Below, piece by piece: positions 35,655-46,826 of a stretch of 47,498 nucleotides of DNA (within the stretch, counting starts at the first letter, position 1; each line of letters begins with the position of its first letter). A program made the translations under genes and the position numbers. The stretch comes from a virus. Taxonomy: Duplodnaviria > Heunggongvirae > Uroviricota > Caudoviricetes. The notes below the pieces were generated by a model. The model was not told where the DNA came from. It searched no databases and saw only the letters and a list, made by a program, of their open reading frames with translations. The stretch lies in IMG/VR virus record IMGVR_UViG_2660238269_000006; one strand, 5' to 3'.

Positions 35655-38219
35655 ATGTCCCAGCCGGTTGGTGATCTTGTTATTGACCTGAGTCTGGATG
35701 CGGTTCGTTTCGATGAGCAGATGACCCGCGTAAGGCGTCATTTTTCAGGACTGGAGACTGACGCCAGAAAGACCGCCAGTGCTGTTGAGCAGGGGCTGAG
35801 CCGCCAGGCGCTGGCTGCACAAAAAGCCGGGATATCAGTCGGGCAGTATAAAGCCGCCATGCGTATGCTACCCATGCAGTTCACCGACGTGGCCACGCAG
35901 CTTGCCGGTGGTCAGAATCCCTTCCTTATCATGCTGCAGCAGGGCGGTCAGGTGAAGGACTCCTTCGGCGGGATGATCCCCATGTTCCGGGGGCTTGCTG
36001 GTGCGATCAGCCTGCCAATGGCCGGTGTCACCTCGCTGGCGGTGGCGACCGGTGCGCTGGCGTACGCCTGGTACCAGGGGGATTCCACGCTTTCAGCGTT
36101 TAATAAAACCCTGGTTCTTTCCGGTAATCAGTCAGGACTGACGGCAGAGCGCATGCTTACGCTCTCCAGAGCCGGACAGGCAGCAGGGCTGACGTTTAAC
36201 CAGGCGAGTGAGTCACTGGCAGCCCTGGTGAATGCCGGTGTGCGTGGTGGTGAACAGTTTGATTCCATCAACCAGAGTGTCGCGCGTTTTGCGTCTGCCT
36301 CCGGTGTGGAAGTGGACAGGGTTGCAGAGGCTTTCGGAAAGCTGACCACCGACCCGACGTCGGGACTGATGGCGATGGCGCGCCAGTTCCGTAACGTGAC
36401 GGCAGAGCAGGTTGCGTATGTTGCACAACTGCAGCGTTCCGGAGACGAGGCCGGGGCATTGCAGGCGGCGAACGAGGCTGCCACGAAAGGCTTTGATGAC
36501 CAGACCCGCCGCCTGAAAGAGAACATGGGGACGCTGGAAACCTGGGCGGATAAAACAGGGAAGGCGTTCAAATCGATGTGGGATGCCATTCTGGATATTG
36601 GTCGTCCTGATACCGCGCAGGAGATGCTGATTAAGGCAGAGACTGCGTTTAAGAAAGCAGACGACATCTGGAATCTCCGCAAGGATGATTATTTTGTTAA
36701 CGATGAAGCGCGGGCGCGTTACTGGGATGATCGTGAAAAGGCCCGTCTTGCGCTTGAAGCCGCCCGAAAGAAGGCTGAGCAGCAGACTCAACAGGACAAA
36801 AATGCGCAGCAGCAGAGCGATACCGAAGCGTCACGGCTGAAATATACCGAAGAGGCGCAGAAGGCTTACGAACGCCTGCAGACACCGCTGGAGAAATATA
36901 CCGCCCGTCAGGCAGAACTGAACAAGGCTCTGAGAGACGGGAAAATCCTGCAGGCGGATTACAACACGCTGATGGCGTCGGCGAAAAAGGATTATGAATC
37001 AACGCAGAAAAAACCGAAGTCGTCAGGTGTCAGAGTGTCAGCCGGGGAGCGTCAGGAAGACCGGGCGCATGCAGCCCTGCTGGCGCTTGAAACTGAGCTC
37101 CGGACGCTGGAGAAGCACAGCGGTGCGAATGAGAAAATCAGCCAGCAGCGCCGTGATTTATGGAAAGCGGAAAGTCAGTATGCGGTCCTGAAAGAGGCTG
37201 CCACGAAACGACAGTTATCCGGGCAGGAAAAATCCCTGCTGGCCCATGAGAAAGAGACACTGGAGTACAAACGCCAGCTGGCTGAGCTGGGCGACAAGGT
37301 TGAATACCAGAAACGGCTGAATGAGCTGGCACAGCAGGCGGTGCGGTTTGAAGAGCAGCAGAGCGCGAAGCAGGCCGCCATCAGCGCAAAAGCCCGTGGT
37401 CTCACTGACCGTCAGGCGCAGCGGGAGTCTGAAGCGCAGCGTCTTCGTGACGTGTACGGCGATAATCCGCAGGCGCTGGCACAGGTCACCGGGGCACTGA
37501 AACAGACATGGGCGGATGAAGACATGCTGCGCGGTGACTGGCTGGCCGGGCTGAAGTCCGGCTGGGGCGAGTGGGCGGAAAGTGCGACGGACAGTTTTTC
37601 GCAGGTTAAAAGTGCTGCCACGCAGACCTTTGATGGTATTGCACAGAATATGGCGGCGATGCTGACCGGCAGCGAACAGAACTGGCGGGGATTCACCCGT
37701 TCGGTGCTGTCCATGATGACAGAAATCCTGCTTAAACAGGCCATGGTGGGCATTGTCGGGCGTATCGGCAGCGCCATCGGGGGAGCCATTGGTGGTGCTG
37801 GCGCATCCGCTTCCACGGGGACAGCCATTCAGGCTGCGGCAGCGAACTTTCATTTTGCGACCGGCGGATTTACGGGCACGGGCGGCAAATATGAGCCTGC
37901 GGGGATAGTTCACCGCGGGGAGTTTGTCTTCACGAAGGAGGCAACCAGCCGGATAGGTGTGGGGAATCTTTACCGCCTGATGCGCGGCTATGCGGAAGGG
38001 GGGTATGTGGGTGGTGCCGGAAGTCCGGCGCAGATGCGGCGGGCGGAAGGTATTAATTTTAATCAGAACAATCACGTGGTGATTCAGAACGACGGTATCA
38101 ACGGACAGGCGGGGCCGCAGTTGCTGAAGGCGGTGTATGACATGGCCCGCAAGGGGGCGCGGGATGAGATTCAGGCACAGATGCGTGACGGTGGCGTATT
38201 TTCCGGAGGCGGGCGATGA
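35655..38219 (+). CDS. Tail tape measure protein (gpH-like)
   Basis: 854 aa, coiled-coil-rich, Gly-rich C-terminus; position and size match lambda gpH. Confidence 0.8.
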   Translation: MSQPVGDLVIDLSLDAVRFDEQMTRVRRHFSGLETDARKTASAVEQGLSRQALAAQKAGISVGQYKAAMRMLPMQFTDVATQLAGGQNPFLIMLQQGGQVKDSFGGMIPMFRGLAGAISLPMAGVTSLAVATGALAYAWYQGDSTLSAFNKTLVLSGNQSGLTAERMLTLSRAGQAAGLTFNQASESLAALVNAGVRGGEQFDSINQSVARFASASGVEVDRVAEAFGKLTTDPTSGLMAMARQFRNVTAEQVAYVAQLQRSGDEAGALQAANEAATKGFDDQTRRLKENMGTLETWADKTGKAFKSMWDAILDIGRPDTAQEMLIKAETAFKKADDIWNLRKDDYFVNDEARARYWDDREKARLALEAARKKAEQQTQQDKNAQQQSDTEASRLKYTEEAQKAYERLQTPLEKYTARQAELNKALRDGKILQADYNTLMASAKKDYESTQKKPKSSGVRVSAGERQEDRAHAALLALETELRTLEKHSGANEKISQQRRDLWKAESQYAVLKEAATKRQLSGQEKSLLAHEKETLEYKRQLAELGDKVEYQKRLNELAQQAVRFEEQQSAKQAAISAKARGLTDRQAQRESEAQRLRDVYGDNPQALAQVTGALKQTWADEDMLRGDWLAGLKSGWGEWAESATDSFSQVKSAATQTFDGIAQNMAAMLTGSEQNWRGFTRSVLSMMTEILLKQAMVGIVGRIGSAIGGAIGGAGASASTGTAIQAAAANFHFATGGFTGTGGKYEPAGIVHRGEFVFTKEATSRIGVGNLYRLMRGYAEGGYVGGAGSPAQMRRAEGINFNQNNHVVIQNDGINGQAGPQLLKAVYDMARKGARDEIQAQMRDGGVFSGGGR

Positions 38220-38545
38220 AAACCTTTCGCTGGAAAGTGAAGCCGGATATGGAGGTGAACTCGCAGCCGTCGGTGCGTGAAGTGCGTTTTGGTGACGGGT
38301 ATTCGCAGCGAACGGCGGCAGGGCTGAATGCAGACCTGAAGACGTACAGGGTGATGCTTTCCGTGACCCGGGAGGAGGCCCGGCATCTGGAAGCGTTCCT
38401 GGCAGAGCACGGGGGCTGGAAGGCATTTTTGTGGAAGCCACCCTATGCATACCGGCAGATAAAGGTGACCTGTGCCGGGTGGTCTGCGCGGGTCGGGATG
38501 TTGCGCGTTGAGTTCAGCGCGGAGTTTAAGCAGGTGGTGAACTGA
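38216..38545 (+). CDS. Minor tail protein gpM-like
   Basis: 109 aa in the M position; ATGA overlap with H. Confidence 0.65.
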   Translation: MKTFRWKVKPDMEVNSQPSVREVRFGDGYSQRTAAGLNADLKTYRVMLSVTREEARHLEAFLAEHGGWKAFLWKPPYAYRQIKVTCAGWSARVGMLRVEFSAEFKQVVN

Positions 38546-39243
38546 TGCAGGATATTCACGAAGAAAGCCTGAACGAGTCGGTTAAATCAGAGCAGTCACC
38601 GCGGGTGGTGCTCTGGGAAATCGACCTGACGGTGCAGGGCGGTGAGCGGTATTTTTTCTGCAATGAGCTGAATGAAAAAGGGGAGCCGGTGACCTGGCAG
38701 GGGCGTGAATATCAGGCGTACCCGATTGAGGGCAGCGGCTTTGAGATGAACGGAAAGGGCAGCAGTGCCCGCCCGTCGCTGACAGTGTCCAATCTTTTCG
38801 GGCTGGTCACCGGGATGGCGGAGGATTTGCAGAGCCTGGTGGGTGCCACGGTGGTCCGTCGCCGGGTGTATGCGCGTTTTCTGGATGCGGTGAATTTTGT
38901 GGCAGGCAATCCTGAGGCCGACCCGGAGCAGGAGCTGACGGACCGGTGGGTGGTGGAGCAGATGTCATCGCTGACGGCCATGACGGCCTCGTTTGTGCTG
39001 GCGACACCGACGGAGACGGACGGTGCGCTGTTTCCCGGTCGCATCATGCTGGCGAACACCTGTATGTGGGATTACCGGGGCGATGAGTGCGGGTATAACG
39101 GTCCGGCAGTGGCGGATGAGTTCGACAACCCCACCACGGATATCCGGAAGGACAGATGCAGTAAATGCATGCGCGGGTGTGAGATGCGCGGCATGGCGGT
39201 CAATTTTGGCGGTTTCCTTTCCATTAATAAACTTTCGCAGTAA
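38545..39243 (+). CDS. Minor tail protein gpL-like
   Basis: 232 aa with a C-terminal Cys cluster (CMWDYRGDECGYNG...CSKCMRGCEMRG). Confidence 0.7.
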   Translation: MQDIHEESLNESVKSEQSPRVVLWEIDLTVQGGERYFFCNELNEKGEPVTWQGREYQAYPIEGSGFEMNGKGSSARPSLTVSNLFGLVTGMAEDLQSLVGATVVRRRVYARFLDAVNFVAGNPEADPEQELTDRWVVEQMSSLTAMTASFVLATPTETDGALFPGRIMLANTCMWDYRGDECGYNGPAVADEFDNPTTDIRKDRCSKCMRGCEMRGMAVNFGGFLSINKLSQ

Positions 39244-39253
39244 ATCCCGTTTT

Positions 39254-39997
39254 ATGACACAGACTGAATCAGCGATTCTGGCGCATGCCCGGCGGTGTGC
39301 GCCAGCGGAGTCGTGCGGCTTCGTGATAAGCACACCGGAGGGTGAACGGTACCAGCCCTGCGTGAATATCTCCGCAGAGCCGGAGGCGTATTTTCGTATT
39401 ACACCGGAAGACTGGCTGCAGGCACAGATGCAGGGGGAGATTGTGGCGCTGGTCCACAGTCATCCCGGTGGTCTGCCCTGGCTGAGCGAGGCGGACCGGA
39501 GGCTGCAGATAAAGAGTGCCCTGCCCTGGTGGCTGGTCTGCCGGGGTGAAATTCACCGGTTCCGCTGTGTGCCGCACCTGACCGGACGGCGCTTTGAACA
39601 CGGTGTGACGGACTGTTACACCCTGTTCCGGGATGCTTACCATCTGGCGGGGATAACGCTGCCGGATTTTGTGCGTGAGGATGACTGGTGGCGCAACGGT
39701 CAGAACCTGTACCTGGACAACCTGGCGGAAAACGGCTTTTACCGGGTGTCTCCGTCCCGTGCACAGGCAGGCGATATTCTGCTGTGCTGCTTTGGCGCAT
39801 CGGTGCCGAATCATGCCGCCATTTACTGTGGCAACGGTGAACTGCTTCACCATATACCTGAACAACTGAGTAAACGGGAGAGGTATTCAGAGAAATGGCA
39901 ACGACGAACGCATTCTGTCTGGCGTCACCGCCACTGGTCCGCATCTGCCTTCACGGGGATTTACAACGATTTGGTCGCCGCATCAGCCTGTATGTGA
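39254..39997 (+). CDS. Tail tip protein gpK-like (JAB/MPN plus NlpC/P60 domains)
   Basis: HARRCAPAESCGFV...ALVHSHPGG (MPN-like) and VTDCYTLFRDAYHLAGITLPDF (NlpC/P60-like); start ATG at 39254. Confidence 0.7.
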   Translation: MTQTESAILAHARRCAPAESCGFVISTPEGERYQPCVNISAEPEAYFRITPEDWLQAQMQGEIVALVHSHPGGLPWLSEADRRLQIKSALPWWLVCRGEIHRFRCVPHLTGRRFEHGVTDCYTLFRDAYHLAGITLPDFVREDDWWRNGQNLYLDNLAENGFYRVSPSRAQAGDILLCCFGASVPNHAAIYCGNGELLHHIPEQLSKRERYSEKWQRRTHSVWRHRHWSASAFTGIYNDLVAASACM

Positions 39998-40574
39998 ACA
40001 CGGCAGCGGAGGCCATCCGTGCCCTGTCGCTGCAGGTGCCGGGATTCCGCTGTCAGATGAACGAAGGCTGGTATCAGATACGTATTGCCGGTGAGGATAC
40101 CGCGCCGGAGGCGGTGTATGCCCGTCTTCATGAGCCACTGAGCGGGAGGGCCGTGATTCATATTGTACCGCGGCTGGCCGGAGCCGGGGGAAATGGTGTT
40201 TTTCAGGTGGTGCTGGGGCTGCAGCCATCGTGGGCTCTTTCTTCACCGGCGGCGCAACGATGGCGTTGTGGGGCGCAGCCCTGAGTGCCGGAGGGCTGAC
40301 TGCCACCACGATGCTGTTCTCACTGGGGGTCAGCATGATACTGGGTGGCGTGGCACAGATGCTGGCCCCGAAGGCAAAGACGCCGGAGTACAAAAGTACG
40401 GATAACGGTAAACAGAACACGTATTTTTCGTCACTGGACAACATGATTGCCCAGGGTAACCCGATGCCGGTGCCTTACGGTGAAATGCTGGTTGGTTCAC
40501 GACGGATATCCCAGGACATCAGCACCCGTGATGAGGGCGGTGACGGGAAAGTGGTGGTTATCGGGCGGGGATAA
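39895..40574 (+). pseudogene. Tail assembly protein gpI-like, interrupted by an apparent 1-nt frameshift
   Basis: ORFs 39895..40284 and 40230..40574 together cover a lambda gpI-like protein; the frame changes at the GGGG run at 40215-40218. Confidence 0.65.
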
Positions 40575-40943
40575 AAATAAAAAAATCCCGCAGAGTTAGC
40601 GGAGCTGCGGGAAATAACGATGAAGATTAACGTTATGGAGTTATTTTTTTGGGCAGAAAAACAGTAACGCAGCGTCATTATTGCGGCTACAGGCAATTGC
40701 CGGAAGTGTGAAGAATTTCAGAAATTTTCTGTGGCGGGGCTGAAATAAAAAACGCTCCCGCAATACACCTGGATATTAACGGGAGGAACGAATAGTCACC
40801 TTAAGGAGTTGCGATTAATTGCTTTTATTGACCGCAGGTAATCTACCCATCCGGCAAGGTTTCCTCCACGGGAATTTGCCGGAAATGTGAAGAATTTCAG
40901 AAATTTTATTCTGTCATGACACAGGCACCCTCCGGGGTGCCTG
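40575..40943. repeat. Tandemly duplicated non-coding element in the I-J intergenic region
   Basis: Two units, each with an identical 22-mer tgtgaagaatttcagaaatttt (40707-40728 and 40886-40907) containing the palindrome AATTTC-a-GAAATT, plus a hairpin with a flanking A/T run (40587-40611 and 40755-40785). Confidence 0.5.
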
Positions 40944-40994
40944 TTGTTTTCTGGCATAAACAGATTCAGACATCAGACAGGAGAGGGGGACAGA

Positions 40995-43900
40995 GTGGGT
41001 AAAGGGGGCGGCAAGGGGCACACACCGCGTGAGGCGAAGGACAATCTCAAATCCACGCAGATGATGAGCGTGATTGATGCCATTGGTGAGGGACCGGTGG
41101 AAGGTCCGGTGAAGGGACTGCAGAGTATTCTGGTGAACAAAACCCCGCTGACGGACACGGACGGTAATCCCGTGATACACGGTGTGACCGCCGTCTGGCG
41201 TGCCGGGGAGCAGGAGCAGACACCGCCGGAAGGCTTTGAGTCCTCCGGGGCGGAAACCGCACTGGGCGTGGAGGTGACGAAGGCAAAGCCGGTGACGCGC
41301 ACCATCACGTCAGCGAACATTGACCGTCTGCGGGTCACCTTCGGGGTGCAGTCACTGGTGGAGACCACCTCAAAGGGTGACCGTAATCCCTCTTCTGTCC
41401 GGCTGCTGATTCAGCTTGAGCGTAACGGTAACTGGGTGACGGAGAAGGATATCACCATTAACGGCAAGACCACCTCGCAGTACCTGACGTCGGTGATTCT
41501 GAATAATCTCCCTGAGCGCCCCTTTAACATCCGGATGGTCAGGGAGACGGCGGACAGCACCACGGACCAGCTGCAGAACAGAACGCTGTGGTCGTCATAC
41601 ACCGAAATCATCGATGTGAAACAGTGCTACCCGAACACGGCGATTGTGGGGCTGCAGGTGGATGCGGAGCAGTTTGGTGGCCAGCAGCTGACGGTGAACT
41701 ACCATATCCGTGGTCGCATCATTCAGGTGCCGTCAAACTATGACCCGGAAAAACGCACCTACAGCGGTATCTGGGACGGGAGTCTGAAACCGGCATACAG
41801 CAATAACCCGGCCTGGTGCCTGTGGGACATGCTGACCCACCCGCGCTACGGGATGGGAAAACGCCTGGGGGCGGCGGATGTGGACAAGTGGGCTCTGTAT
41901 GCCATCGGGCAGTACTGCGACCAGACGGTCCCGGATGGTTTCGGGGGAACAGAGCCGCGGATGACCTTTAATGCGTACCTGTCACAGCAGCGTAAGGTCT
42001 GGGATGTCCTGGGGGATTTCTGCTCGGCGATGCGCTGTATGCCGGTATGGAACGGCCAGACGCTGACGTTCGTTCAGGACCGTCCGTCGGATGTGGTGTG
42101 GCCGTACACCAACAGCGATGTGGTGGTGGATGATAACGGCGTGGGGTTCCGCTACAGCTTCAGTGCCCTGAAGGACCGGCACACGGCGGTGGAGGTGAAT
42201 TACACCGACCCGCAGAACGGCTGGCAGACTTCCACGGAACTGGTGGAAGACCCGGACGCCATCCTGCGCTACGGGCGCAATCTGCTGAAGATGGATGCGT
42301 TTGGCTGTACCAGCCGCGGTCAGGCCCACCGTGCCGGACTGTGGGTGATAAAGACAGAACTGCTGGAAACGCAGACGGTGGATTTCACGCTCGGGTCACA
42401 GGGGCTGCGGCACACGCCCGGTGACATTATTGAAATCTGTGATAACGACTACGCCGGGACCCTGACCGGCGGACGCATCCTGTCCATCGATGCTGCCAGC
42501 CGCACACTGACGCTGGACCGTGAGGTGACACTGCCTGAGACAGGTACATCGACGGTGAACCTGATTAACGGCAGCGGTAAGCCGGTGCGCGTGGACATCA
42601 CTGCACACCCCGCCCCGGACCGGATACAGGTCAGCGCCCTGCCGGATGGCGTGGAGACATACGGTGTGTGGGGACTCTCCCTGCCGTCACTGCGTCGTCG
42701 CCTGTTCCGCTGTGTTTCCATCCGGGAAAACACGGACGGCACCTTTGCCATCACGGCAGTGCAGCACGTACCGGAAAAAGAAGCCATTGTGGATAACGGG
42801 GCCCGCTTTGAGCCGCTCTCCGGCTCACTGAACAGCGTCATCCCGCCGGCAGTGCAGCACCTCACGGTGGAGGTGAGTGCCTCAGACGGCCAGTATCTGG
42901 CGCTGGCGAAATGGGACACGCCGCGGGTGGTGAAGGGCGTGCGCTTCAGTCTGCGCCTGACCAGTGGCAGTGGTGAGAACAGCCGCCTGGTGACCAGCGC
43001 CCTCACGGCGGACACGGAGTACCGTTTCAGTGGCCTGCCGCCCGGGGAATACACCCTGACGGTCAGGGCGATAAACAGCTACGGCCAGCAGGGCGAACCT
43101 GCCACCACTACATTCCGGATTAATGCGCCTGCAGCACCGGCCAGCATTGAGCTGACGCCGGGGTATTATCAGATAACAGCAGTACCGGTGCTGGCGGTGT
43201 ATGACCCGACGGTACAGTATGAATTCTGGTTCTCAGAAAAACGCATCACGGACATGGCACAGGTGGAAACCTCTGCCCGTTATCTGGGGACAGGCAGCCA
43301 GTGGAGTGTCTCCGGCCCGCACATTAAGCCGGGGAAGGATTTCTGGTTTTATGTGCGCAGCGTCAACCTGGTGGGGAAATCTGCGTTTGTGGAAGCCAGT
43401 GGCCGGGCGAGCAATGATGCGGAAGGGTATCTGGACTTTTTCAGAGGAGAAATCGGGAAGACACATCTGGCACAGGGGATGTGGGAGCTGATTGATAACA
43501 GCCAGCTTGACGATGAGATGGCGGAGATGAAGACCACCATCACCGAAACCCGCAATGAAATCACGCAGACGGTCAGTAAAACTCTGGAAGACCAGAGTGC
43601 CACCATACAGCAGATACAGCGGGTGCAGACAGACACAAATAACGACCTGGCTGCGCTGTACATGCTGAAGGTGCAGAAAACGAAAAACGGCATTCCGTAT
43701 GTTGCCGGTATAGGTGCGGGGATTGAGGATGCTGATGGCCAGCCCCTGAGCAATATTCTGCTGCAGGCGGACCGTATCGCGATGATTAACCCGGAGAACG
43801 GCAACACCACGCCGCTGTTTGTGGCGCAGGGGAATCAGCTGTTCATGAACGATGTGTTCCTGAAACGACTGTTTGCGGTGAGTATTACCTCATCAGGTGA

Positions 43901-44543
43901 GCCTCCGACGTTTTCCCTGACGCCGGACGGGAAACTGACAGCCCGTAATGCGGATATCAGCGGACATATCAGTGCGAACTCGGGCACGCTGAATAACGTG
44001 ACCATTGCAGAAAACTGCGTTGTTAAAGGAACCATTAGCGCAGACAGAATCATCGGTGATATCGTCAAGGGCTATTCCTTCGAACCTCGTGATGGCACGC
44101 TCCATATTACGAACCACAAGTATGGAGAGGGTTATGTCATCTTTAAGGCGGAGGTATCTCTTGCTGATGATGTTTCGTTTGATCGCAAGCTGATACTCCT
44201 TCCCTTCTTTTTCTATTCAGGAACACTGACGATAGCGATTAACGGAAGAGTTGTCATTAAGGCAGAACCGAGAATTGCTGATACGGGTTTTTCAGGTCGT
44301 TTTGACAGAAATGGCAATGCTGTTAACACGTACACCAACCTCGGGGACACCGTTTCAGGAGTATGGGATGTGGTGGCAGGAGGGGGAGATACACGGATTA
44401 CAGTGACAATGAGAGTTGAAGGTGGTCCTGGCAATATGGGGGATGTGGAAGGGAGAAAGAGAGAGCTGGTGCGATGGAGATATGACGCCTTTACTCTCAT
44501 GGTGGCGAAATCGACAGATTCCGGTTTTACCCGGAGATCGTGA
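40995..44543 (+). CDS. Central tail fibre / host-specificity protein (gpJ-like)
   Basis: N-terminal [21 protein letters not shown] and long collinear similarity to lambda gpJ; GTG start at 40995 with RBS AGGAGAGGGGG; the C-terminal roughly 150 aa diverge from lambda. Confidence 0.8.
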   Translation: MGKGGGKGHTPREAKDNLKSTQMMSVIDAIGEGPVEGPVKGLQSILVNKTPLTDTDGNPVIHGVTAVWRAGEQEQTPPEGFESSGAETALGVEVTKAKPVTRTITSANIDRLRVTFGVQSLVETTSKGDRNPSSVRLLIQLERNGNWVTEKDITINGKTTSQYLTSVILNNLPERPFNIRMVRETADSTTDQLQNRTLWSSYTEIIDVKQCYPNTAIVGLQVDAEQFGGQQLTVNYHIRGRIIQVPSNYDPEKRTYSGIWDGSLKPAYSNNPAWCLWDMLTHPRYGMGKRLGAADVDKWALYAIGQYCDQTVPDGFGGTEPRMTFNAYLSQQRKVWDVLGDFCSAMRCMPVWNGQTLTFVQDRPSDVVWPYTNSDVVVDDNGVGFRYSFSALKDRHTAVEVNYTDPQNGWQTSTELVEDPDAILRYGRNLLKMDAFGCTSRGQAHRAGLWVIKTELLETQTVDFTLGSQGLRHTPGDIIEICDNDYAGTLTGGRILSIDAASRTLTLDREVTLPETGTSTVNLINGSGKPVRVDITAHPAPDRIQVSALPDGVETYGVWGLSLPSLRRRLFRCVSIRENTDGTFAITAVQHVPEKEAIVDNGARFEPLSGSLNSVIPPAVQHLTVEVSASDGQYLALAKWDTPRVVKGVRFSLRLTSGSGENSRLVTSALTADTEYRFSGLPPGEYTLTVRAINSYGQQGEPATTTFRINAPAAPASIELTPGYYQITAVPVLAVYDPTVQYEFWFSEKRITDMAQVETSARYLGTGSQWSVSGPHIKPGKDFWFYVRSVNLVGKSAFVEASGRASNDAEGYLDFFRGEIGKTHLAQGMWELIDNSQLDDEMAEMKTTITETRNEITQTVSKTLEDQSATIQQIQRVQTDTNNDLAALYMLKVQKTKNGIPYVAGIGAGIEDADGQPLSNILLQADRIAMINPENGNTTPLFVAQGNQLFMNDVFLKRLFAVSITSSGEPPTFSLTPDGKLTARNADISGHISANSGTLNNVTIAENCVVKGTISADRIIGDIVKGYSFEPRDGTLHITNHKYGEGYVIFKAEVSLADDVSFDRKLILLPFFFYSGTLTIAINGRVVIKAEPRIADTGFSGRFDRNGNAVNTYTNLGDTVSGVWDVVAGGGDTRITVTMRVEGGPGNMGDVEGRKRELVRWRYDAFTLMVAKSTDSGFTRRS

Positions 44544-44744
44544 CAGGCAGCCGGAATACGGATTGCCGGAAGGAGACAAAAACCGTACATTATGCGCGGG
44601 TGCCTTTGGCTGATGGCCGGAGGGAACACCTGAAGGCCGGAAAGACGAAGGCCCCGGACAAACATTCATGTTTAACCCGAGGCCTGACTTTCGATCTTCA
44701 GCAAATTGAAGGTTAGCGCCTCTCCGTAAAAGGAGCAAGCGTTT

Positions 44745-44885
44745 ATGTCGCAAAAACCGTTAAAAACCACCGTGATTTGTATCACGGTAGTGCTCATTAT
44801 CTGGATCACCCACAGTTCACTGTGCGAGTTCCGGTTCCGGATAGCGGGCGCGGAGATTGCGGCGTTCTTACAGTGTAAGCAGTAA
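44745..44885 (+). CDS. Hok/Gef-family type I toxin (46 aa)
   Basis: MSQKPLKTTVICITVVLIIWITHSSLCEFRFRIAGAEIAAFLQCKQ: transmembrane helix followed by the SLCE-R-R...E-AAF motif of Hok family peptides; RBS AAAGGAG; GC-rich hairpin at 44894-44916 immediately downstream. Confidence 0.6.
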   Translation: MSQKPLKTTVICITVVLIIWITHSSLCEFRFRIAGAEIAAFLQCKQ

Positions 44886-44980
44886 GAAACCGTGGCGGGG
44901 GAGAATATCCCCCGCCGACCGGTTGCTGAGGGTGGTCAGCCGGACGGCACCGTTTTAACACCAACAAACCACAAATATTA

Positions 44981-45014
44981 CCGCAGGCCGGGAAACCGGT
45001 CCTGCGGTTTTTTT
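44981..45014 (+). terminator. Intrinsic terminator between hok and stf
   Basis: ccgcagg / cctgcgg stem with inner ccgg-gaaa-ccgg, followed by TTTTTTT. Confidence 0.55.
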
Positions 45015-45027
45015 ATGGGGGAAATCC

Positions 45028-46763
45028 ATGACAGTCAGAATATCGGGTGTGCTGAAGGATGGTACGGGAAAAGCGGTACCGGGATGCACGATAGAGCTGA
45101 AAGCGCGACGCACAACGGAGACGGTGATTGTCACCACGGTGGCGTATGGTCAGCCGGGGGAAACCGGCAGTTACAGTATGGATGTTGAGCCGGGGTTGTA
45201 CCGGGTGACGCTGAACACGGAAGGGTACGCGCCGTCATATGTGGGTGACATTCTGGTTAAGGCGGACTCTGCACCGGGAACGCTGAATAAATTTCTGATG
45301 GACCTGGAGGACGCACAGTATTACCCGAAAGCCCTTGCAGAGCTGGAAGCGGTGGCCGCGGAAATCCTGAAACGTGCGGAAGCGTCAGCGGCGAGTGCAG
45401 AGGAAGCGAAGAAACGGGCAGAGAATGCGAGGGGACCGAAGGGGGATAAGGGAGACACGGGGCCACAGGGTATTCCCGGGCCAAAAGGCGATACCGGCGA
45501 GCGGGGCCAAAGGGTGAGCGTGGTGAGACAGGACCACAGGGGCTTCAGGGTGTGAAAGGTGAACGGGGAGAGAAGGGCGAAAAAGGCGAGCCGGGAGGAC
45601 CGGATGCGACGACGGCACAGAAGGGAATTGTGCAGTTAAGCAGCACAACGGACAGTGATGATGAAACGAAGGCAGCCACCCCGAAAGCGGTGAAAGCGGC
45701 AATGGACAAAGCGGACGGATGCCTGGAGAAAGCGAAAAACGGTGACGATATCCCGGATAAGGTGAAGTTTCTGAACACCGTGGGAGCAGCCAGAGTATAC
45801 GGGCGGGACATTCATACGGGGGCCGGTGAATGGACCACGAGTGAGTTTGTGGCCTGGCTGAAAGAAAAGGGGGCATTTGACCAGCCTTACTGGATGATGA
45901 AGGCATCACTGCCTGCGGAATTTAATAAGGTCATCACGGATGTCGGACCGGGAAAACTCAATCTGGGAGGCTGCGCCATTGAGGTGATGGGGACGTATAA
46001 CGCAGCCATAGTCCGGGTCACCATCGGCGAATACGGTGGCGATGGTTTTCTGAACGGCACGGTCTGTACCTGTACAGTTTACGGAGACACACAACGTTTT
46101 CACTGGCGGGTGGATTACAGCACAAAAAACAAACCGGATACGGTCAGCCAGCGGGATGCCAGCACGACGCAGAAAGGTGTGGTGCAGTTAAGCAGTGATA
46201 CTGACAGTAATGACGAAACAAAGGCAGCCACGCCGAAGGCCGTGAAGGCGGCAATGGATGTGGCAAATGAAGCGAAAACAAAGGCAGAAGAGGCTGCAGC
46301 AGGAGGTGGTGTTCCCGGTCCGAAAGGAGAGAAAGGGGACACGGGGCCAGCAGGTCCTGCAGGACCGCAGGGACCTGAAGGGGATACGGGAGCTGCAGGC
46401 CCGGCAGGCGCACAGGGGCCAAAAGGTGACAAAGGCGATCCGGGAGAAGCAGGTCCAGCAGGTCCGGCAGGTCCCAAAGGTGAGCGCGGTGAACCGGGAC
46501 CGATGGGGCCTCCGGGGAAAGATGGCGCAACTTCGCTGGTTAGTGGGCTGCGTATCGGAGGGAAGAAAGAAGTCGCACACCATGAGGTGATTACTTTCCC
46601 GTCACTGGATGGAGCACAACCAACGATTCCCGGCATGAATATAGTCCCTGATGGTGCTGTAATTCTGAATATCCGGTCACAGGCTTACAAAATTACTGCT
46701 GTAACTTATGGCTTTCTTCAGGTTCACAATGGAAGCCAGTGGGTAACGATTAAAACGGAATAA
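45028..46763 (+). pseudogene. Side tail fibre (Stf-like, collagen-like Gly-X-Y repeats), interrupted by an apparent 1-nt frameshift
   Basis: ORFs 45028..45555 and 45552..46763; N-terminus MTVRISGVLKDGTGKAVPGCTIELKARR parallels lambda Stf; the frame changes inside Gly-X-Y repeats at the G/C run around 45503-45508. A KGIVQLSS-type motif occurs twice downstream. Confidence 0.7.
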
Positions 46764-46826
46764 CGTGACTCACACTGGTTGTTGCGTTCCATTATGCCCA
46801 ACCGGGCATTAAATACGGAGAATAAT

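Noticed and set aside
34641-38450. Long minus-strand ORFs (310 aa at 34641..35573, 411 aa at 37215..38450, 184-192 aa at 36128..36791) antisense to the tail genes G, T and H
   Set aside because: They lie entirely inside strongly supported plus-strand structural genes in GC-rich DNA, have Pro/Arg/Ser-rich low-complexity translations, and have no ribosome-binding sites.
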